Shown: positions 37,555-51,565, numbered from the stretch's first letter. The stretch is DNA of 64,000 nt from the human T2T-CHM13v2.0 reference genome, Homo sapiens (GCF_009914755.1 NC_060935.1); one strand, 5' to 3'. Notes: generated from the sequence alone by a model not told the origin. Numbers and translations are program-made.

Positions 37555-37722
37555 TAATCCATACAATAGTTTTGGGAGGTAGGTAGTAGTAATACCCCCT
37601 TAAAGATGAGAAAAAGAGGTTCCAAAAAGCTTAGTAACTTCCTAAGGCCAAAATAGTAGTAAGCAGGGGAGCTAGATTTGAACTCAAATCTGTTTGGCCC
37701 CAAAGCCTGTGTGTTTTTTTCC
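37555..37722 (-). mobile_element. MIR
   Basis: gaggtaggtagtag...agatgagaaaa...taacttcctaagg...atttgaactcaaatctg. Confidence 0.75.
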
Positions 37723-38524
37723 AAGCCTAAAGGAAAAAAGAAAAAGGCAACCTTTGCTGCCAGCAAAGGCTGAGGTGACAGCCTTGGGCTACCACCACCA
37801 GCAGCCTCTCCTCTGTCCCTAGGCACTGTTCTTCAGGGGCTTCTCAGTGGGTTTTGGGGAGTTCAGAGAGACAGGCAGCATTTTCCTTTAGAACCTCTGG
37901 CTCTTTCTCCCATACCCTCTAACCCACACAGACTTGCTTCCACTTGCCTGGTATCCTCAGCCCTGGACTAAGCAACCCTACCTGTGGCTCATTCCTTCAG
38001 ATTCAACACTTGGCGAAGTAACCTGATGGACTCACCTCTATGGACTGAGTAATAGATGCCCCCACTTTTCTTAGGTGACATGCTTATATTTAATAAAGCT
38101 CTGTTCCCTGGAGACCAAAAATCCGTGCAGAATGGATGTAGCAGTTAGTGAGAATTCCAGGTGGCAGGTTGGGGTGGAGGAAGAAAAGAGAGAATCTAGG
38201 ACAAAGGGACCTATAAACTTACCTCATTAGTGGGTGTTCACTGAATGCTCCCTTTCCCTCCCTCCCTGTCTCTCCCCATCTCTCTTCACTTGGAACATCA
38301 CCCCCAGCCAGCAGCACTTTCTCAAGCTTTTTGTTCGGTCCCTGTCAACCCAGGGTCCCAGGAGGCAGAGGGAGAGGGAATACAGATGAGTTTATAATCA
38401 AGAGAAAGCTCTGCAACTATCCAAACCTCTACAGCAGTGACTTGGAAACAAACAAGATAATGTATAAAAGACAAGTGTGTTCACAGGAGGGTGGTGGCCT
38501 GTAAATGGAAGTGATTTGCCTGAT

Positions 38525-39060
38525 AATACCAATGAGCTGGCACTTATTAAGCACCTACTGTGTGCCAGGAACTTCACAGTTTACATAATCCTGGAAGTGA
38601 CTATGAGGTGAGAGCTACTGACGTACCCACTCTATGGATGAAAAAACGGAGGCCCAGAGAGGTTAAGTAGTTTTTAACCAGCACGTAAGTGCCATGTGAC
38701 CTAGGATACATCACTATCTGAAATTGCATCTGGCTATCCACTCCCCTCCTGCTCACATTATTTTGTTTTTACTCATAATATCTCCATTTGAAATTATCTT
38801 GTTGAATGTTTGCTCTATCAGTTCCGCTCCTCTCTTCCCTTCCCACTCCAGGACAAAATGTACACTCAGTGATGGCAGGGACCTTGTCTGTCTTCTTAAG
38901 TGATGTGCATCCCCAATCCATGCACACACAATAGGCCCTCAGGAAAGATTTCAATGAAAGATATGATGGAGTTGGGATCTGAAAACAAATCTATGTTGAT
39001 CTGAAAACAAATCTATGTTGCTCCAAGGTTTTTAGCCACTAGTCTATTTCACCTTCCTCG
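38525..39060. mobile_element. MIR (-) pieces flanking an L2 3' fragment (+, ~38690-38960)
   Basis: ttattaagcacctactgtgtgccagg...gaggcccagagaggttaagt; L2 ggcagggaccttgtctgtctt. Confidence 0.65.
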
Positions 39061-40827
39061 ACTCTAGTTAGCTAATCTGCAACATGGAGATAAAGGCACC
39101 CAGCTTCCATGGGAGTGGGAATGTTCATAAATGCCCTCACACTTTGCCTGGCACATGGAAGTGACTCTAAATGGTCTATTTAGTAATATTGTTATTGTCC
39201 CTTCTTTCTTGAAAACATCCTGTTTAGCATTAAAGACTTTCCTATGCAAAGCAGAACTAGCACCGACTGAGTTCATCTTAAACAGGCTGTTCTGAAAGGA
39301 ATTTTCATAAGAAATGAAAACATTTGGCTTCTATCAAACTCTGGGAACACCCAGAATTCTATGAACCTGGGCCTGGGCCTGGGTCTTGGCTTAGGGACCT
39401 GCCTGTTCTCAGTCGTCACACAGTGTGAATGCCCTAATGGGCCCCAGGGGACAGCTGCAGCCAAGAGGCCTCATTTCTCACACACCAATCTTCTCAATGA
39501 CCAGATACAATGGCTTTGCCTGGCCCTTCCCCAGCCTGCCCTTCCCTAGCCCAGGAGCACCTTCGTCCCCAATACCCAGACTCTGCAATCACATTCCAAA
39601 GTTTTCAGGATTAAGAGTCCTGTTGTCTAAGTCTGTGTCTTCAAGTTACCAACTCAACCCATTTGAAAGAAAAGGCATTTTCTTTACCAATATCTTTTCC
39701 TTGCCCTATCCTCCACTGACTTTTTAACTACATTTTCCAGCTTGGGGGTAGATTATCTTTGCCAATTTTGGCTTTGAAAGAGTTAGCTCTCTGGAAATTG
39801 GACCCTCCAGGAGGTATTTTAACTCTTTCAAGCCACAGGAGACCTTTCAGTGTTTAGTAGCTGTCCTGCTCATCTAGATAAAGCCAGACCACCCAGGCCA
39901 AAGCTAACGCTTGACTCTTCCTCCAGCCAGGAAGTCTCTAAGAAGAGAGTGGGGAAGGGGTGCTCAGGGGAGGGGGCATAAAAGTTTGCATAAACTCATT
40001 ATGAATTTTGGGAGCTAAGACACCAGTGTTTAGGCCATAGATTCTCAGTCCATAATTCCTTTGATCAAGGAGCACCCTCTCGCTGAGAGGTCAATTTGAG
40101 AATAACCAAACAAACAAAAAGGCAATATAAGTGTGGGTGCCACAAATCCCTAGACATCAGAGGACAGGGATGTCAGTGTGGATTGGAATAACTGAGGAAG
40201 ACTGCATGCAAGTGATGGATCTTAGAAGAAGCATTGGAGACCAAATGAACATCAGGTAGATAAAGAACGGAGAGGACAGTCCAGATAGGAGGATCAGCAT
40301 AAGCAAAGGCCGCAGAATGGAAGTGTAGGGGTGGAGGTGGAGGTGGAAAACAGAGTACGTAATTGGGGAGGGTGGAGAGACTTGGCAAAAGCCAAAGTTT
40401 CTTGCAGAATAGTGGTGAGAAATAGGGCTGGAGAAGGACACAGCTGTTCAGCATATGACTCAATAACATTTACTTAACCTAGTTCCTTGCCCCTTGAATG
40501 AGAGATGGAATGTTCTTCATCTTGAAATAGCAATTTGGGTCACAAGTGAGGGATTTTGAAACCATACCTAGGTTCAAGGAAGGAAACAGATAGTCCTTTG
40601 CTAGGCATTCTTTTGCTTGCCCTTTAAATATTGGTGTCTCTCAGAAGTCAATCCTTCCTTGACTTCTCTTTCTGAACATCCTGTCAAGGTAATTACATCT
40701 ACTGCCATGCCCTTAAACTGCCACCCATATGCTACATCTGCCAAGTCTACGTCTTTGCCCCTAGTCTTTCTCTTGGGCTCTAGACCAAGAGACTTTTGGA
40801 AGTGTTTTCTAATCACTTCAGTATCTC

Positions 40828-41183
40828 TGTATTAGTCCATTTTCATGCTGCTAATAAAGACATACCCGAGACTGGGCAATTTACAAAGGAAAGAGGTTTC
40901 ATTGGACTTACAGTTTCACACAGCTGGGGAAGCCTCTCAATCATGGTGGAAGGAAAAGAGGAGCAAGTCACATCTTACATGGATTGCAGCAGGCAAAGAG
41001 AGAGCTTGTGTAGGGAGACTCCCATTTTTCAAAACCATCAGATCTTGTGAGACTTATTCACTATCATGAGAACAGTATGGGAAAGACCTGCCCCCATGAT
41101 TCAATTACCTCTTACTGGGTCCCTCCCACAACACATGGGAATTCAAGATGAGATTTGGGTGGAGATACAGCCAAACCATACCA
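40828..41183 (-). mobile_element. THE1 (THE1A-like) MaLR solo LTR
   Basis: tgtattagtccattttcatgctgctaataaagacatacccgagactggg...gggaattcaagatgagatttggg...agccaaaccatacca; TSD atctc/gtctc. Confidence 0.93.
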
Positions 41184-41654
41184 GTCTCTTAAATTGAGCA
41201 TTATCTTCTTGCTAAGACCTACTTTACTCTTGAATTTCCTACCTCTCTTAAAGCTTCCTTCCTTCCTTTCTTCCTTCCTTCCCTCCCTCTTTCCTTCTTT
41301 CCTCCATGAAGCATTAATTGAATACTTGCTATTTTCTAGAGACCACATTAAATGACCTTTTGCCTTTGAGGAGCTCATACTATAGTGGAACAATTAGATG
41401 AGTTCAATAATTAATTTCCATTCATTTAAAAGCTGTTTCTGAAATAACTACGTATAAAATAAGTATCCATAAAACACTGAGATAAATAGAGGTAGTCAAA
41501 CAGTAGGCTCAAGAAAGACCTCCTTGGTTAAATGTAATCAGAGCTGAGTCTTTAATATTGAGGAATTAATTGGACAAAGAAGAGAAGACATAAGAAATAG
41601 TGTTTGAATAGGACACAAAGAAGAGTGAGCAAGTAATTTTTGAAAAAGAATGCT

Positions 41655-41895
41655 CATAATAACAAAAGTAATGGCTAACATTTATTTAGCCTTCACTATA
41701 TACCAGTTACTAAGATAAGCACCTCACATGTTTGCTTTTAATCTGATACTCAGTATAACCTCAGAAATAGGTAGCAGTAGCTTACCCATTGTGTAGTTCG
41801 TAATATTGAAGTCCAGATGAAAACACTTGCCCTTGAACTTTTGTGAATAAGTAGTTGAGCTGGAAACCTAAGTTTCTCTGGCTCCAGAGCCTGGA
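41655..41895 (-). mobile_element. MIR
   Basis: aatggctaacatttatt...cactatatacca...ctctggctccagagcctg. Confidence 0.7.
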
Positions 41896-41899
41896 TAAT

Positions 41900-42560
41900 G
41901 GAGAGGTGCAATAAAGAAGGTTAGGGCAGTAAGCAGAAGCAGGATTCTAGAGGGTCTTACATGCCTTAGGAAAGGGATTGAGTTTTATCTGGAAAGAAAT
42001 GAGGAGCTACTCCAGGCCTCTAAGCAGAGAAGTTACCTGAGGCAAATCTCCATTTAGCAAGGTCACTTATGGCAAGGAGTCCAGGATGAATTGGGGGTTG
42101 AGAGGCAAGACTGGAAGCAGATGGCTCCATTAGAAAGCTACTGTCAGCCGGGCGCGGTGACTCAGGCCTGTAATCTTCACACTTTTGGAGGCCGAGGCAG
42201 ATGGATCACCTAAGGTCAGGAGTTCCAGACCAGCCTGGCCAACATGGCAAAACCCTGTCTCTACTAAAAATACAGAAATTAGCTGGGCATGGCGGTGCAC
42301 TCTTGTAATCCCAGCTACTCGGGAGGCTGAGGCAAGAGAATCACTTGAACCCAGGGGGCGGAGTTTGCAGTGAGCTGAGATTGCACCACTTCACTCCAGC
42401 CTGGGTGAAACAGTGAAACTCCATCTCAAAAAATAATAAATAAAAGAAGGCTACTGTCATAGTCCAGGTGAGCTTCATGAGCCCTGGAGAAAGAGGCAGA
42501 ATGGAATGACTCTGTTACACTTGGGATGTCAAGGGAAAGGGTGGGTCAAGAACAGTGCTG
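41900..42560 (-). mobile_element. L2 fragment hosting an Alu
   Basis: gagttttatctgga...gaggagctact...aagcagaga...ggcaagactggaagcag...gctactgtcatagtccaggtgag. Confidence 0.7.
42147..42444 (+). mobile_element. AluSx-like
   Basis: ggatcacctaaggtcaggagtt; TSD agaa(a/g)gctactgtca. Confidence 0.94.
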
Positions 42561-45449
42561 AGGATTTAAGAAAGTCAATTCACTTTTTTAAAAAAATATC
42601 ACTCATTTCATAATTCAGTCAACAAACATTAAGTGTCTGCCTTGTGCTAGGACCATACTAGGTTCTGGGGATAAAACTGACCAACAACATATAGTCCATG
42701 GTCTCAAGGAGCCAATACTCTAATGATGGAGCTAAATAAAAATCATCACAGGTAATAACTGTGAGAGAAACGTACAAGTACATCATACTGGGCTTGGGGA
42801 GGCTGAACCACAAGTAGGCTCCCTGAAGGAGGGAATGTTCCTGATTCTTCTCTTGATTGGTAGTCTCACATTTCTAATGATCAACTGGTCACCTATGCTG
42901 GCTGTTCCTCAGACATTTCTAATCTATGTCCAGAATTAAAATTGAACCCATGCTCTCACCTCCAACATACATTCCTCCTCTCAGGTATCATATTTCATGT
43001 CCCGATCAAATTATTCATAAAATAAATATATTCTTTGAGCATCCATAAAGTGCCAGGTATTGTATCAAGCAAGCTTAGATAATTCCAAATGCAAATTAAT
43101 ATTTTCACTTTGATTTTAAAATAAAAAAACAGAGGTCATGGGCATCTGAATTATGTTTTCTGAGACAACATCACAAAACTTAATCTAAGTATTATTAAGA
43201 ACACTAGCTTTCACATGTTTGCATTTTTTAGCACCTGTAAAAATTATTGTCCTCCCTGGAATAAAATGGATGAACAGGGCTCTAAAGCATGTTTTACTAG
43301 TTGGAAAGCAGAAACACCAGTCTCCTGCTGCAGGGCAAAGTCCACTGTGAGGTGAGAGTGACATTGTTCACCCCTTAAGATCTAGCTCCAAATGGAGGAA
43401 GCAGGCAGGGGGTGTCAGACGGGCCCCATGCTTCTGCCACCATTCAGCCTGGCCGGACAGTGTATGATTAGAACAGCTTGTGATGTCCTCGTGATAAAGA
43501 CTGAGATATTTAATGGAACATTTCTACTGAGCACAGCTGGGGATCTTTCACACAGATCTACCCTCCTCCAAGGCTGTTCAATCTTTGTGTAAAGGCACAA
43601 TTCTCAGCAGAATCTGTGTGATTAACCAAAGAGGGGAAAAGTGGAGGTAAAGAAGATTCTAGGGACAATACAGGAAGGCCCAGAGAGGGGTGTCTCCCAC
43701 AGAACTGACCACAGAGACTTGTTCCTAATATGCGGTCCATAAATGCTCACTGAATGAATGAAAGTGAATGCATGGAGGGAGGGTGGCAGGAAGGCTGTTC
43801 AAAAGCTCTGGGCTGGAGGGACGTGGCAGAACCCATTACAGCTTTTCAATAAGGTGGTTTCAATTACACACCTCTTTCTTTGACTCACTGGTACTTTATG
43901 CCTGAAGTACTAGGGAAGGGGAAGAACAGAGGCTGAAATGTCACAATTGGCCCTAGTAGATTCTGAGATAAGTGCTCTGGGGGACTTTTGCCAAATTTGC
44001 ACTCCATGAGACACCATGAGAGAGGTCTGAGCAGCTGCAGATTTCTATAGAGAGTTCCTGTCACTGAGCTAAACTGTGGAGCTCATATTTCCAGTGCTGT
44101 AGCAAAGGAAAGAGGTGACTGGGAGGCAATTTCCAAACATAAGATCCCATACAGATGTTTCTAAACAGTGCTCCCCAAATCCCAAGACCCCAAGGGAAAA
44201 CCCTGGCTGCTATAACCCAAGTGCCTTTTTAAGGCCCACGGTGTACAATAGGCCTTGAAAAGTCAGTACCAGTACACTGAAAGCTCATGCCCCAGTTAAC
44301 AGAAAGAACCTCATTTCCACATCTATTGAGATATGTCATCTGTGTCAGACTCATTTAACCAATGAATTAATCCCAACTGGAAACATTTACTGAGCTTCCA
44401 ACATTGACAAATTTTTGTTTCTCTTCAGTCCTTGGTTGAGTCTGCAGCCAAAAGTCAAAGCACAAACTTGCCTTTAGAAAGTGAGTTCTTGATTCTAAAG
44501 CTCATTCTGAAAGAGAAAGCACTTTTCTCTCATGAGCGATCTTGTTCTCACAAGTTAGATAATTTAGATAAGTCTCTGGGGTTTGGAAAAGCCTGGAGAA
44601 CACTCCGCAGTCCAGGGCCATTGAACAAACGGAACTGTTTAACCTTGTAAAAGTTTGCACAATTCTCACCATAAATATGGTCAGAAAATGGGAGCTTAAT
44701 TTTCAGATGCAAAGGTTCTAGGCTGCGGGCCCAGAGCCCAGACACCCTTGTGGGAATGGTGGTTACAATAGGCTCGGAGGTATAAGCAGGCCCTGGAAAA
44801 CATTCCAGTTGGAAAGACATGAGTACTGATGCGGAGGTCACAACTAGAGCTTACAACTGAAACAAATGAAGGAAACATAACCATCTCAATCTCATGGATG
44901 TCTCTGAGGCCACTGGTCACTGCACTGCTCCAGGTTGCCTGTGTAATCATTGCGCATGAAGTGCAGGCCCCGCCATTTCCTCCTGGCCTGTCTTGCTGGA
45001 CTCCTAGACCAGCTTTTCACAAAGGGTGTTTTTGCTGCTACTATTCAACAAACAGTGCTGGGCAGAGGCTGAGAGGGTCAGAGCAGCTCCTGGGCCAACC
45101 AGGCCTGCAGGAAGGAGGAGGGTTATGTATGAGGTCTCAAGAATCCAGGTTCACATGCAGGTTTGATTCAGTTTCCATCCTCACAGCAGGACATTCTCCC
45201 GTGTTTTCTCTCCTTAGAAGTGATTTTGATTTCTCTCTTTTTAGTTTAACTGCTGTTATTTAGTTGATGCTACATTTGTTCTTACTGAAGTTTGATAGAA
45301 TTATAATTCCTAACAGTATTTTCAGAATACAGTTTTGATGTAATTCTTATGAATATATTATTTACATTTCATTGGAATCACAAAGTTAGATAGCTTAAAA
45401 GTAGTGTATTCTGGCTGAAGGAAGAAGTCCATCCTTACTTAAACCATCA

Positions 45450-46090
45450 CTGAAGGGTTGTGGTGGGGTCCGCCTCTCTCTGTTGGCTGAGCTGGTGCTT
45501 GGAGCACAGGCAGGCACAGCAAGGGCTTGGCTCCCAGGCCCAAAGTGAGAACTAGCTCACCGTGGCAATGGCTTTAGTGTCTCAGATGTGGGTAGAGACC
45601 CATTACAGCCACAGAGCCTGAGTCTGAAATGTGGGTACCTGTGGAGTGGCCACAGCTCCAGGATTGTGGCACGCATTGGGTTGGGGGAGGCAGTGGTTTC
45701 TTTCTCAAAGCAACCAACAGCATCCACTTCTTATGGAAGGAAGGGGTTACCTGGTGGGAATGGCCATTGGTTACCTCAGTGTCAAGAGATGTCACTGTCC
45801 TCTGGGTAATAGGTCCTGGGACGATGTTGATTCCCCTCACTTGGCCAGTAGCCTCCTCCTTTGTTCTTTGTTCTTAGGATGCCCTGGCATCTCAGGTATA
45901 CCGGTCTCACCAGCAACCCTTTCTATGTGGCTCTTCTTCATTTTTTTTTCACCACTGTGCTGCTGCTATTCTTCAATGAGCCTCTGAGCCTTCTCTGAGA
46001 TATTTTGTTTTGTGAATAGTGATCTACATTTTTTTTTTTTTTTTTGTGGAGGGGATGAAGGCTAGTATCTCCTACTCCACCATCACTTAC
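45450..46090 (-). mobile_element. Possible 5'UTR fragment of an ancient L1M
   Basis: Reverse complement near 46085 reads tgatggtggagtagga, like the L1 5'-end aagatggcggagtagga; adjacent GC-richer segment. Confidence 0.45.
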
Positions 46091-46619
46091 CTGAATAAAC
46101 TTTGATTGGTTTAATCACACACACACACCCCTAAACAACAATAACAGCATCTCAGCTAAACGCAGCAAACTTTTATGAGTTTAGCCCTACCTAACTTCAT
46201 AGATCACTTTAGGGCAATCCTTTGTTTCTTAATTCACAACCTTTTTCTCACTTTTGTTATTTTGTTCAGGATATTATTCTTGCTGCTTAAACATTTCTCA
46301 ACTTTATGCAGTAAAAAATAAAAAGTTTCCCTTTATGGCCAAAGAGGAAAACAAAGTTATTCACTGTGTCTCTAGTTGTTTTTCATCACACAGTTTTTTT
46401 GGGATCCAGAGCTTAACATTTTGCCAGAAACAGAAGTTGGTTATTTTATTTATAAAACTCTGTTCACTTAGCACTTTAGTAAATATAAAAATTAAATGTA
46501 CAAAAATATTTAAAAGAAGAATGTGAGAAGGCTGATGGAGAGAAGAAGAGCAAAGTCACAGAAGCACGACTGGCCACACATATGCCGTGACTACAAATTG
46601 TGAAGCATTATTAGAGCAT

Positions 46620-47745
46620 CAAGGATAAGGATGTAAGACGGGGCTGGGAAGGTTAGCACAGCACAAGGCATTGTAGGTCTCTATATAATTGGGTTCTATT
46701 TAAGGGAAAGAAGAAAATGTGTGTCAGAAAGATCATCCTGTCTAGACAGGGGAGCCTAGGTGGGTGGGGCAGGCCTGAAGGTTGGCAGACCAATTAGGAA
46801 GTTGTTGCTATAACCCAGATGAGAGAAAATTGTCTTTAACTAGGGCACAAAATACAGCAGTAGGTACAGAGGAAGGAACAAATTCCAGAAACATTTAGCA
46901 AGTCTAGAAGAAGAGGCATTGTGTCAGTCTGTTCTCGCACTGCTATAAAGAAATATCTGAGACTGGGTAATATATAAGGAAAAGAGTTTTAATTGGCTCA
47001 CAATTCTGCTGGCTGTACAGGAAGCATAATGGGGAGGCCTCAGGAATTTTCCAATCATGGTGGAAGGCAAAGGGGGAGCAGGCATGTCACATGGCTAAAG
47101 CAGAAGCAAGAGAGTGAGGTGGGTCAGGGGGGTGGTGCTACATGCTTTTAAGTGACCAGATCTCACAAGAACTCACTATCTTGAGCACAGTACCAAGAAG
47201 GATGCTGCTAAACCATTCATGAGAAATTATCACCCATGATCCAATCACTTCCCACCAGGTCCCACCTCCAACATTGGGGATTACATTTCAATATGAGATT
47301 TGGGCAGGGACACACATCCAAACTATATCAGGCATATTCCAAAAAACATTCAGCAAGTCCAAAAGAAGGGGCATGTTCCAGAAACACTTAGCAAGTGTAG
47401 AATAAGTGACATATTCTAGGAACATTTAATAGGTAAAATCAATGGAACTTAGTGAGGAGTCAAGAATGGTTCCCGGCTTCTCATGCAAGTAATTGAATGT
47501 ATGAGGGAGCGGCTGAGATGGGGAGTTGTCGAGGCTGAGGAGCAGGTTTTGAGAATAAAAACTAACATTTTTTTTCTCTTTTGCCATAAAGGGAAATTTT
47601 TTATTTTTACTGCATAAAGTTTAGAAATGTTTAAACAATGTGCAATGAGGAGGGGGATGGCATATATCACAATAAAAGACCATAAACTAGGTCCACCCAC
47701 TCACCCATAGATGAGTTATGTTTTAAATATATTTGATGTGATACG
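46620..47745 (-). mobile_element. L2 fragment interrupted by MSTA, a minisatellite and a templated insertion
   Basis: ggcagaccaattaggaagttgttgcta...gaggagtcaagaatg...ggagcaggtttt|insert|agatgagttatgtttta. Confidence 0.7.
46920..47330 (-). mobile_element. MSTA MaLR solo LTR
   Basis: gtctgttctcgcactgctataaagaaatatctgagactgggtaa...gatttgggcagggacacacatccaaactatatca; TSD GGCAT. Confidence 0.93.
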
Positions 47746-49479
47746 ATTAACTTTGGACACCTTCCATGTACCTTGCACACCTTTGATCTCTGCTTAGGCC
47801 CCACATCTCAGCTTTGAATTCTGTGTCCTGAATTGACTAACTATTTTATGCTTTCTGCTTGTGATCTGGGACTGGCTTCTCAATTCTGGATCTCAATGTA
47901 TTGGTTATAGGGCATTTATTTGGTGGTTGCAGTTTCTGAGTATGTCTTTGACCTGAATGTGTGATTTGTTATAATGATGACTTCCTTGTCTCGTGGTTCT
48001 CTTTGAGCCCCAGTGGCAATCCCTATCTACAGAGGTTAGGAGGAACTACTCTTAAGGGAGTTACCCAGGCAGTTCTGAGCTGCCTCTTTATAAAGGAATT
48101 TGAGAAGGGAGGGAATATATCTGGCTGTTGTACCAGGATACTTGTGGGTTTCCCTGGTTATTTATTTGAAAAACATCAGCAGACATTGATCAAGTGCCTG
48201 CAATGCACCAGGAACTAGAGATTAGCTGTGGGTGAGATAAGCATAGCCCCTGCCCTCTGTTATTTCATACGTTAGTTGGAACAAGAGACAAACAAGTATA
48301 CTTAGAAAAATAAATCCTCCTTCCCTTCCTCTGCCCTTTCAGGGGTTTGCTCTGGAGAGGGGATGATATCTCTTGTACCAAAAGCCATTCTCATATAGAA
48401 ATTCAATGAGATGGGTATTTGCCTAAGAATTAGTTCTGACCCAAGATTTTTAAAAATATTCTTTAGTTTCATGTTTTCTATTTCTTCTTAGTGTTTCTGT
48501 AATGAAAGAAAGTATCACTGGTAGGTGGGACTTTGTATTGGACTGGTAGGCCCTTGGGGGTGGAAAGTAAACATCTGTCTTTGCTTCTTAGAATGCTCCC
48601 TCTAAGGGGATGGTGTGGGCCATGGGGGTAATGTTGTGTTTCTCTTTCCTAGACTCTTCTGTCAAAATTCCTGAGTGTGAGAGTGCATGCAATTGTGTGT
48701 GCCTGGTGGCAGTGTGTACATATCCTCTTTGGAGATACCCACAGAAGCCCAGAATATTGCAGGGAGAAGGAGAGGGTGTCTCTTCCATTTAACGTAGTAG
48801 AGCGATCTCAAGGGAACATTAAGTAGACTGTTCTGCTGAAGCACTCATTCTCCAATTCCATGCCCCCGCAACCCCAGTTTCTACAGATTATACCAGATGA
48901 ATAACCTAGGCTGTAAGACACATATTGATGATGACTCTTTGGCCCCATGGATAAGGGAAAGGACAGATTCTCCTTTCCACACTGAGCTTAACTGAAAAAT
49001 TTCATCAAAGAACAAAACAAATTTTGCATCAAGCTTCTGCACATCTATTAGCATCCCTTGATAGCAATATCTAAGATAACTAAGTCAAAATATTAACAGC
49101 ACCTACTTCCATGGCCTCCTGAAACACAGGGCAAACCATTTGCTGCTCCCAGGATCATTCTCTTGGTGACAATTTTCTGTCCCAAGGGATCTTTCTCCTA
49201 CAAATAATAACCACCAACAAAAATCTCATTTTAAAAGAAAGTAAGGAAGGAGGAAGGGAAGTGAAAATTGGTCACAATCAAAAAGAAAGATGGTAGGAGA
49301 CCGTCTGATGCAGAAGCATGTGAATTTTGGAGGCCATGCTGACCTAGCACAAGCTGCTAATGAGGAATGTCTGCCTAGAAGTCTGCCACTTCCTCTGGAA
49401 GCCAGAGTAGGGGCTGCACTGCCTTGAGGGGCTGCCAGGATCTATGAGGCAAAGCCCATTCTATAGAAGGTAGTGGGCC

Positions 49480-49645
49480 ATTTGTGGATCTTAGACAAGC
49501 TATTTAACCTCACTGTGCCTCAGTTTCCTCATTTGTAAAATTGGGATAATAAACCTACCTCATAGAATTTTTAAGAAAACCAATTAAATGAGTTATTATT
49601 TGTAAAAATTTTAGAACCATCAGTGCTTGGCACATAGAGTGCTGA
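49480..49645 (+). mobile_element. MIR
   Basis: ttaacctcactgtgcctcagtttcctcatttgtaaaattgggataat. Confidence 0.9.
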
Positions 49646-50150
49646 GGAGTGCTTGTTCAAAAGTAGGTCCATTCAGTGTGCCGAAGTCACTCTCATGCAG
49701 AGCCATGAGGTACAGCAGCGGGCAGCTGAGTTGCGTTTAAGGACCCCCAGACCTGCCTGTGGCCAGCACTCTCTGAAGCAATGGGCCATAAGGCAATGTG
49801 CGATGAGGAGGGGAATGGCATATATCATGGTAAAAGACCATAAACTGGGTAGGTAAGGGCTTAGAGGGCTGCACAACTTATTACTCAATTTGCAAGACTG
49901 AGATTCTAAGGTGATTTTAAGTAGCCCCAGGTTGATAAATCCCTCCAGTGCTCAGATCATCCCTTGGCCTCTAAGCTACTCCTAGAGCAAGCCTGAGCCA
50001 TTCTTTTTATTGTCCATATGAGAGAGGTTCTAATCTGTTTGAGCTCCATAAATACTTTTCTAGTTTTGCAGTCACTTTCTTTGTCAACCAGATAGGTGTC
50101 CAATAAATTCTTGCTGAATGGCTGTTCCTGCTATAAGAATCCTGGTTTAC

Positions 50151-51565
<1,415 letters not shown>

